Shown here: positions 15,794 to 22,269 of the stretch, one piece after another | Layout: each line of letters opens with the position of its first letter | Numbering within the stretch: the stretch's first letter is position 1 | Origin: Chloroflexota bacterium | GTDB taxonomy: Bacteria; Chloroflexota; UBA5177 | DNA: 24,931 nt | Direction: 5' to 3' | NCBI GenBank assembly: GCA_036391775.1 | Contig: DASVZE010000195.1 | Span: 1-24,931, forward strand | Made by a program: the position numbers and the translations under genes | The notes under the pieces: model-generated | Database searches by the model: none | Seen by the model: the letters and a program-made list of their open reading frames with translations, nothing else | What the model was told of the DNA's origin: nothing

Positions 15794-16744
15794 GTGAAGA
15801 TCGGCCTACTGGTTGGACGCGAGAACACGTTTCCGCAGGCATTCATTGACCGAGTGAACAGCAAGGGCGTACGGGGTATCACCGCAGAGATGATCCGTCT
15901 CGGCGGGACCAGGCTGAATGATGAGATTCCGTACCGGTTGATTGTCGACCGGATATCACACGAGATTCCGTATTACCGGCTCTACCTGAAGCAGGCCGTG
16001 GCGCAGGGAGTGATTGTGATCAATAATCCCTTCTGGTGGAGCGCGGATGACAAGTATTTTGGCTGCCTTCTTGCCGAGCGAGTGGGAGTTGCGGTACCTA
16101 AAACCGTGCTCCTACCCAATCTCGAGTACGACGCCGACATCATCGACGAATCTCTGAGAAACCTGACTGAGATCCCATGGGAAGACCATATCGCCTACAC
16201 GGGGCTTCCGGCAGTCCTGAAGCCGGCAATTGGTGGCGGGAACAAGAACATCCACATGGTGGATACACTCGACGAGCTAAAGGCCGCCTATCAGACAAGC
16301 GGTTCACTGCAGATGATTTTGCAGGAGAAAATCGAGTACGAAGACTATGTCCGCTGCTGGTGTCTGGGAAGAAAGTACGTGTTCTTCTCGCGATACGGCC
16401 ACTTCTTGCCGCGCGAGGAGCGTTATATCCAGCAGTCTCAGGGCATCTCCGCGGCACTGCAGGAGCGCGTCGTGGGCGACGTTCTCAAGCTGTGCGATGG
16501 GCTCGGATACGACATGAATACGGTGGAGATGGCAATTCGCGACGGTATTCCATATGCCATCGACTTTCTCAATCCGGCGTGCGACATGGACCGCAACTCC
16601 ATTCGCGAGGAACGCTTCGAATGGGTCGTGGAGCATATGGCCACGATGTGCATCGAGTACGCACTAGGCGAGCGGGAACCCGCCAGTACCGCGTGGTGGG
16701 ACGCGCTGGTGCAGCTTCCTGAGCGCGCGGTTGTTGCTCCATGA
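15794..16744 (+). CDS. RimK/glutathione synthetase-like ATP-grasp ligase of unknown substrate
   Basis: NNPFWWSADDK, VAVPKTVLLP, AVLKPAIGGG, MILQEKIE and YDMNTVEMAIRDGIPYAIDFLNP. GTG start with RBS AAGGAG. Confidence 0.85.
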   Translation: MKIGLLVGRENTFPQAFIDRVNSKGVRGITAEMIRLGGTRLNDEIPYRLIVDRISHEIPYYRLYLKQAVAQGVIVINNPFWWSADDKYFGCLLAERVGVAVPKTVLLPNLEYDADIIDESLRNLTEIPWEDHIAYTGLPAVLKPAIGGGNKNIHMVDTLDELKAAYQTSGSLQMILQEKIEYEDYVRCWCLGRKYVFFSRYGHFLPREERYIQQSQGISAALQERVVGDVLKLCDGLGYDMNTVEMAIRDGIPYAIDFLNPACDMDRNSIREERFEWVVEHMATMCIEYALGEREPASTAWWDALVQLPERAVVAP

Positions 16745-16755
16745 TTCGGCACTGA

Positions 16756-17658
16756 ATGCGCCACGCGATCGAGTTAGGCGCTGTCACAAAGATTTATAGG
16801 GGCGATGTTCGCGCCCTTGACGAGGTGACACTGACAGTCGAGGCAGGTGAGCACTGCTGCCTTCTAGGCCCGAACGGGGCGGGGAAGACCACCGTCATTC
16901 GCTTGCTTCAGGGTGCACTCGCTCCATCCGCGGGCACGATAACTATTCTGGGTGCAGCGGCTAGCGGCCGGGATCTGCTCGCGGCCAAACTGCAGGTAGG
17001 GGTGGTGCCTCAGAGTCCCGGCCTCTATCCTGACCTGACCGTTGAGGAGTATCTGTCGTTCGTTGCCTCGCTGTACGGTCGGGGACAACCTGGACGCACG
17101 GCCGAGGATTACGGGCTGGGAGAATACTTGAAGCGGCCGTGCGCCACGCTCTCGGGAGGCTATCAGCGCAGGCTTCTGGTCGCAGCGGCAGTCATGACCG
17201 AGCCGGAACTTCTTCTTTTCGATGAGCCGACAGTTGGCCTGGATCCGCTTGCGGCATCGCAGACTCGTTCTCTCCTGCGCGCGGCAATGCGTAATCGGAC
17301 GGTTCTCATGAGCACGCACAACTTGTTGGAGGCGGAAGAACTTTGCGATACCGTCATCATCATGCAGCGCGGGTCGGTTCTGGTCCATGAACGGATAGAG
17401 GATCTGCGGCGGCAGTCCGCTCCCAGGGTGTGCTTGCGTGCGCGGCAGGATTCGCAGTGTCTGGGTAAGAGCCTGGATACGCTTCAGCTTCCTTGGGCGG
17501 AGCGCGACGGGTCCGTTTGGCTACAGCTTGACAAACCACAGAGTCAAGCCCCCGCCGTTCTTCGCCGCCTGCTGTCCGACGGTATCGACGTGTATGAATG
17601 TCGTATCGTTCAACCCAGCCTGGAAGACGTCTTTGTGGATCTCGTGACCCAATCATGA
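16756..17658 (+). CDS. ABC-2 type exporter, ATP-binding subunit
   Basis: Walker A GPNGAGKT, signature LSGGYQRR, Walker B LLLFDEP, H-loop STHNL, and the C-terminal PSLEDVFV typical of DrrA/CcmA-like ATPases. Confidence 0.95.
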   Translation: MRHAIELGAVTKIYRGDVRALDEVTLTVEAGEHCCLLGPNGAGKTTVIRLLQGALAPSAGTITILGAAASGRDLLAAKLQVGVVPQSPGLYPDLTVEEYLSFVASLYGRGQPGRTAEDYGLGEYLKRPCATLSGGYQRRLLVAAAVMTEPELLLFDEPTVGLDPLAASQTRSLLRAAMRNRTVLMSTHNLLEAEELCDTVIIMQRGSVLVHERIEDLRRQSAPRVCLRARQDSQCLGKSLDTLQLPWAERDGSVWLQLDKPQSQAPAVLRRLLSDGIDVYECRIVQPSLEDVFVDLVTQS

Positions 17659-18386
17659 GGCGGCGTTTCGCGGCTCTCTTGCGCAAAGAGATGAAGCAAC
17701 TATTGCGGTCACGGAAGACTGTCATCGCAGCCGCGATGGTCCCCGCATTGATGTTGTTGTTCGTCGCGTTCGGAAACATCCTCACGCTCAAAGTGGGATT
17801 CGCCTCCAAGGAGATCTATCTCCTTTCATCCACGCGGCGAGTATCGGGAGCATTCCTGCTCCAGCATTACACCTTGCCGGTGCTCGTGACGATCAGCGCC
17901 CTTGTTGTGCCGTCCATAGTCATGGGTGATTTGCTCTTCGGTGAGCGGGAGCGACGTACGCTCGATCTCCTGGTCGCGTTACCTGTCTCGGTCTACGATG
18001 TCGTTCTCGCCAAGCTGACGGCTGTTCTTGGGTTTGCGATCTGCGTGATAGGCCCTCTCTTCGTCCTGAACACCCTGATGGTGTCGGCTGCAGGATACGG
18101 GGCTGTGCCTCAGACCGCTGCTCTGGCCGGACTCCTGGTGGCGTCCGTCTGCTACTCGACTTCCAGCGCGCTATTGGTCGCCGTGGTTGCTGGAGAGGCG
18201 CGTGCCGCGAACATCGTCAGCGGACTGGTACTCGGGCCGGTGGTGCCGGTCGAGGGTCTGGTTCTAGCGGCGGTCAAGTCGTATGCGGCAATCGTGGCGT
18301 CCGCGTCCGTCTTGCTCGCCGTGGCTTGCGTCCTCCTCATCTGGTCGCTCCGCCTGCTGAGCTTCGAAAGACTGGCCGGCGGTTAA
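17655..18386 (+). CDS. ABC-2 type exporter, permease subunit
   Basis: MRRRFAALLRKEMKQLLRS, GERERRTLDLLVALPVS...VVLAKL and about six TM segments. ATG 17655 overlaps the ATPase stop (ATGA). Confidence 0.92.
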   Translation: MRRRFAALLRKEMKQLLRSRKTVIAAAMVPALMLLFVAFGNILTLKVGFASKEIYLLSSTRRVSGAFLLQHYTLPVLVTISALVVPSIVMGDLLFGERERRTLDLLVALPVSVYDVVLAKLTAVLGFAICVIGPLFVLNTLMVSAAGYGAVPQTAALAGLLVASVCYSTSSALLVAVVAGEARAANIVSGLVLGPVVPVEGLVLAAVKSYAAIVASASVLLAVACVLLIWSLRLLSFERLAGG

Positions 18387-18445
18387 TAGGGGGCATAACA
18401 TTTGCCGCACGTCCGGCGACGCGACGTACAGTGGAAGGAGGATCT

Positions 18446-18946
18446 ATGCAAGTACACGAAATAATGACGCCACAGGACTTCAGCCTGCACTCCGGCGCCA
18501 CACTCCTTGAGGCGCTCGAGGCAGTGCGAATCCATGGATGCTCGGTCCTTCCTGTCACAGCAGATGATCGCCTCATAGGCGCCGTCACACTGGCTTCTAT
18601 TCAGTCAACTGCCGCGGAGGCCGGCCTTGCCGCGGGCTCGCTTCCGGTTGAACAGGCTATGGAGCGGAATCCGACATATTGCTACGCCGACGAGGACATC
18701 GTCGAGGCAGAAGACGATGTCCAACAAGACCGGCCATTCCTGATCGTGGTCGACCGAGACAAAAGGGTCGTTGGGACCGTCGCAACACAGGATCTGTGCA
18801 CCGAGATCGGCAGAATGCGGGGTCCCGTGACCGGCTCTCTCGGCAGCGCTTACCCGGACGTCGCATTCGACGAAGACCGTGTGGAATATCAGAGCGAGGA
18901 GTCTTTTCCTGCTAGCGACCCGCCGCCTGGCTCCAGCGCGCAGTAA
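18446..18946 (+). CDS. CBS domain pair protein with an acidic ESFPASDPP C-terminal motif
   Basis: MQVHEIMT...LPVTADDRLIGAVT and VEQAMERNP...IVVDRDKRVVGTVA are two CBS motifs. RBS AGGAGG before ATG 18446. Confidence 0.85.
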   Translation: MQVHEIMTPQDFSLHSGATLLEALEAVRIHGCSVLPVTADDRLIGAVTLASIQSTAAEAGLAAGSLPVEQAMERNPTYCYADEDIVEAEDDVQQDRPFLIVVDRDKRVVGTVATQDLCTEIGRMRGPVTGSLGSAYPDVAFDEDRVEYQSEESFPASDPPPGSSAQ

Positions 18947-18958
18947 CGCATTGCACTG

Positions 18959-19690
18959 CTAGAACTCGAGGACCAGATACGGCCGTTCCTCGTTCTTCAG
19001 TCGCATGATATGCTCGGCGACGTTGTAGACCGGCGTTCCTCGTAGCGTGCGACCTTCGTGAGAACCTCGGTGTGCGTGTCCGTGAACCACGGCGCTGGCG
19101 CCCAACCGGTCAACCGGCTCGGCCAGCCGCGATGAGCCAAGGAAAGGAAAGATTTCGGCTGGCTCCCCCTCAACGGTTCCGCGTACCGGCGCGTAGTGCA
19201 GCACAACCACCCTGTGTTCCGTGCGAAGTTTGGCCAGGCTGCTTTCCAGGATCATCACTTCGTCGAGTGTCTCGCGCACGAAACGCTTGATCATCTCTTC
19301 ACCCCACGGTGCCAGGGCGTGCCCGTCGAAGCCGCCGCAAAACCCCTTGGCGCCGGCGAACCCCACTCCCTGTATTTCGCACGGCTCGGTATCCAGGATT
19401 GTCACACCGGCCCCGCGCAGAATTCGAACAACGTCATCTTGGTGACCACACTCATAGTCGTGGTTTCCCAATACCGCAACCACCGGCACCTGGCAGGCGG
19501 CGTGTAGATCTTCCGCCAGGACCTCCGCCTCGCGCGGCGTCCCGCGATTCGTCAAATCTCCGGCCAGGGCGAGCACATCGGCATCCTCGCTGACGTGCCG
19601 GAAGAGCTCGCGCGCCTTTCCGGCACTGCTCTCCGACACATGTATGTCGGCAACGGCTGCTACTCGGACTTTCTCTGTACTACGTGGCAT
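18959..19690 (-). CDS. Calcineurin-like metallophosphoesterase
   Basis: All five metal-ligand motifs are present: ADIH, AGDLTN, GNHD, VLHY and HGHAH. ATG at 19690 behind GGGAG; the ORF-track start at 19879 overlaps the upstream gene. Confidence 0.93.
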   Translation of the reverse strand: MPRSTEKVRVAAVADIHVSESSAGKARELFRHVSEDADVLALAGDLTNRGTPREAEVLAEDLHAACQVPVVAVLGNHDYECGHQDDVVRILRGAGVTILDTEPCEIQGVGFAGAKGFCGGFDGHALAPWGEEMIKRFVRETLDEVMILESSLAKLRTEHRVVVLHYAPVRGTVEGEPAEIFPFLGSSRLAEPVDRLGASAVVHGHAHRGSHEGRTLRGTPVYNVAEHIMRLKNEERPYLVLEF

Positions 19691-19709
19691 TGACGCTCCC
19701 CCCATACAG

Positions 19710-20456
19710 TCAGGACTGTTTGAATCCCCACTCGTATCCCCAGTCTTTGACGTCGACCAGGTATTGCGTGCGGGACAGCAGTGGACCACGACAGATGCGG
19801 TCTTGCGGCGTCGAGAGAGCGTTCTGGCTCGCTGCTCGTTCAAGCAAGCGCGTATATATCCACTCCGGGACGCACTCACGCTCCGATGGGTAGACGAAGC
19901 GGAAGGTTAAGAGGTGTGCGAGCAAGACTTCCCAATGCAAATCCATACGCTGGAGTAAGCGGCTCCAATCGAGCGCCGATCCGCATCGGAGAATCATGTG
20001 CAAGACGTCGGCTCCATCAAATCGGTCACGGTCTTGCACGTAAAGTTTGGTCCAGATAAGTTCCTCTGCCGGAGTCAAAAGGGTTGTGCACCCGAGAAAT
20101 TCAATCTCTCTGGCGTTCTTGAACCAGTCTTGATCGACGCGACACTGATTGTTTGCGGAATTAAAGATTATGTCAATATAGGTCGACTTGTCGCGCGCTT
20201 TGGCCAGCCAGTTGGCGTCTACCACGGACGTCTCGAAGCCGGCGTCGGCGAGAGCGCGCAGTATTCCCTCATAGTCACCCGGTAGGCAGAAGATATCAAG
20301 GTCTTTGGTCTGACGCGCAATCCCCGTGTACTCCCGGAGAGCGAACGCGCCTCCGATCATGAACGGTATTGTTGATTCATACAGCGCTGTCATGACCGCG
20401 CGATAGGACTCTGATTCTCTGTCGTCGATGGTTGCTTCGTCCATCAAGCCTCTCAA
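19710..20456 (-). CDS. Pol-beta superfamily nucleotidyltransferase, uncharacterised
   Basis: IGGAFAL (hGG[A/S]), TKDLDIF (DxD), YIDIIF (third acidic residue) and a C-terminal K...R..D..D segment (WTKLYVQDRDRFDGADV). The start is probably ATG 20444. Confidence 0.85.
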   Translation of the reverse strand: MRGLMDEATIDDRESESYRAVMTALYESTIPFMIGGAFALREYTGIARQTKDLDIFCLPGDYEGILRALADAGFETSVVDANWLAKARDKSTYIDIIFNSANNQCRVDQDWFKNAREIEFLGCTTLLTPAEELIWTKLYVQDRDRFDGADVLHMILRCGSALDWSRLLQRMDLHWEVLLAHLLTFRFVYPSERECVPEWIYTRLLERAASQNALSTPQDRICRGPLLSRTQYLVDVKDWGYEWGFKQS

Positions 20457-20573
20457 GCGCGAATGAGAACAAATCTGGGCAAGATGGGTGCCAGCTAAAA
20501 CCGGACCGCGGCCATCGCGCGTAGAATTGCTCGCGGCTCATGCCTGCGCCGCGAAAGGCCCATTCACCCTCTC

Positions 20574-21218
20574 ATGCACTTCACCGCCGCATCACTCCAA
20601 CAGATACTGGGAACCTGGGGATATGTGGCGGTCTTTATTTTTGTCGCAATAGAGAGCACGGGGATACCGTTCCCGGGAGAAACGATGCTCATCACGGCGG
20701 CAGCCTATGCCGGAACAGGACACCTGCAGATCCCGTTCGTCATTGGCGCGGCTGCGATGGGAGCCGTGATGGGCGACAATCTTGGTTACCTCATCGGGCG
20801 CACAGGTGGCCGCTCGATTGTGGAGCGCTACGGTCACCACGTGCGTCTGGACGCAGACAAGCTCGAGGTCGCCGAAAACTTCTTCTCCCGGCACGGAGAC
20901 AAGACCGTCTTCTTCGGACGATTCGTGGCAGTTCTGCGCGCCTGGGCTGCATTTCTTGCCGGCCTCAATCGGATGCATTGGATGAAGTTCTATGCCTTCA
21001 ACGCTGCAGGGGGAATAGTCTGGTCACTATTCTTCGGCATCCTTGCGTTTTACCTCGGCAAGAACCTGCCGTTGCTGGAGAAGATCGTCCGAGCCATCGG
21101 AATCGGCGGTGTGGCACTGGCTGTGGTCGTGATCGCCGGAATCTTCGTGTGGCACCTCAAGCGGCAGGCCCATCGGCGAGAGGAGGCCGGCCACCCGGAC
21201 ACATCAAAGTCGGCTTAG
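20574..21218 (+). CDS. dedA: DedA family membrane protein
   Basis: ESTGIPFPGE, GDNLGYLIGR and FFGRFVAVLR (the F-x-x-R-F motif). Confidence 0.95.
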   Translation: MHFTAASLQQILGTWGYVAVFIFVAIESTGIPFPGETMLITAAAYAGTGHLQIPFVIGAAAMGAVMGDNLGYLIGRTGGRSIVERYGHHVRLDADKLEVAENFFSRHGDKTVFFGRFVAVLRAWAAFLAGLNRMHWMKFYAFNAAGGIVWSLFFGILAFYLGKNLPLLEKIVRAIGIGGVALAVVVIAGIFVWHLKRQAHRREEAGHPDTSKSA

Positions 21219-21253
21219 CTGACCCGGTATCCCGGGAGCGGTGGGCAGGGGGA

Positions 21254-21291
21254 ACCTGGCCGACAGGCAGCGAGCTGGCTGGTTGTCAGGT
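21254..21291. other. Long imperfect hairpin between the convergent dedA and DUF5522 genes
   Basis: ACCTGG..CGAC.AG.CAG pairs with CTG.CT.GTTG.TCAGGT, with bulges. No clear U-tract; it may be a 3'-end stabilising or termination structure. Confidence 0.4.
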
Positions 21292-21311
21292 AGTAGAGGT
21301 GGCGACAGCAC

Positions 21312-21506
21312 TTATTCGGCAGGCAAGACCGATCGCTTGAGGTCGGCCCGCGGCACCGCATCCAGACCACCATGGCGAGGCTCGTAGGGACAGTTTCGGC
21401 ACCCGTTCGCACAACAATAGCCACGAGCGAGCAGAAAGGCGGCGGATAATGCGCCGTTCTCATCGAATATGTCGTCTGCCACATTCGTCTCTTCGGGTCC
21501 GGTCAT
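21312..21506 (-). CDS. DUF5522-like small Cys-rich protein
   Basis: FLLARGYCCANGCRNCPY matches the L-x-R-G-x-CC-x-x-GC-x-x-CPY signature. Confidence 0.85.
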   Translation of the reverse strand: MTGPEETNVADDIFDENGALSAAFLLARGYCCANGCRNCPYEPRHGGLDAVPRADLKRSVLPAE

Positions 21507-21624
21507 TTCTACTTGGTCCGACGTGCCAGGGATAGCGTCGCATGCCAGGAATCACGGCATCCGCGCCTGCTAGAACTGGCGCGGGGCTGTAGCCGGCCCT
21601 TGAATTCATGAGCGGCCGAGGGCA

Positions 21625-22206
21625 TCAGTAGCCGCTCCAATCCACATGCGGCGGGAGCACGAATGGTGGGCCGATCTCGATCGCGATCTCCTGATGGTCT
21701 CGCAGCACGATAGTACGAGGATCTCCGGTAAAGACTCTTCGATTAACGTATACCCGCATGCTCGTTCCATGCTCTACCGGCAGTCCTGCCACCCTTGCAC
21801 GGGAAAGCGGCTGTCCCCAGATATCAAAGAAGTAACCGAGCTGAGGAGCAAAGGTTGCGGGCGCCTCGACGTGAATGATGCCGTCAATGTCATGCGTGTG
21901 AAGCCAGTAAATACACCCGTTTGATCCAAACCCAACGCCCGCAGGGATGAGCGTATATCGTCCCCGGTCGAGCATAAGGAGGTGCGCGTGGATATGGTAA
22001 TCCGCGTGCTCCCCGTTGTCACACGATATGCCGTCAATCGTTCGACCCGTATTTGCCACAGATGTGGGTGCCGGAGGGCCAACCTGTTGCACGGCGCTGG
22101 CCTGTCCGAGACAGCCCGTGAACAGAACCAGCAGGAGTACCGCCGCGACAGAGCACCTTCCGCTTGACCAGGCATAGAAGGCAACGGAGCGAGTGGCGGG
22201 TTTCAC
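21625..22206 (-). CDS. Exported or lipoprotein hypothetical protein with a His-rich putative metal site
   Basis: Hydrophobic leader ending in LFTGC (lipobox-like). IDGISCD, YHIHAHL, GCIYWLHTHD..GIIHVE and LGYFFDIWGQPL. Confidence 0.8.
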   Translation of the reverse strand: MKPATRSVAFYAWSSGRCSVAAVLLLVLFTGCLGQASAVQQVGPPAPTSVANTGRTIDGISCDNGEHADYHIHAHLLMLDRGRYTLIPAGVGFGSNGCIYWLHTHDIDGIIHVEAPATFAPQLGYFFDIWGQPLSRARVAGLPVEHGTSMRVYVNRRVFTGDPRTIVLRDHQEIAIEIGPPFVLPPHVDWSGY

Positions 22207-22269
22207 GCACTCAGGTTACATGCAGAACGAGCCTGCAAGCACCCGCGATCGGTGACATCCGAACCTGCC

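Noticed and set aside
7796-20573. Genomic island integrated at tRNA-Ser
   Set aside because: There is no integrase or transposase. The only echo of the tRNA 3' end that I found is 9 bp (CACCCTCTC near 20565), which is expected by chance.
20540-21340. 266-aa ORF overlapping dedA in another frame, near a TAGAAT -10 as a possible leaderless start
   Set aside because: It is a low-complexity, Arg-rich off-frame translation of dedA, and the dedA frame has all the family motifs.
21561-21584. Hairpin CCGCGCC-N10-GGCGCGG as an intrinsic terminator
   Set aside because: There is no U-tract on either strand, and a 7-bp GC stem is unremarkable at this base composition.
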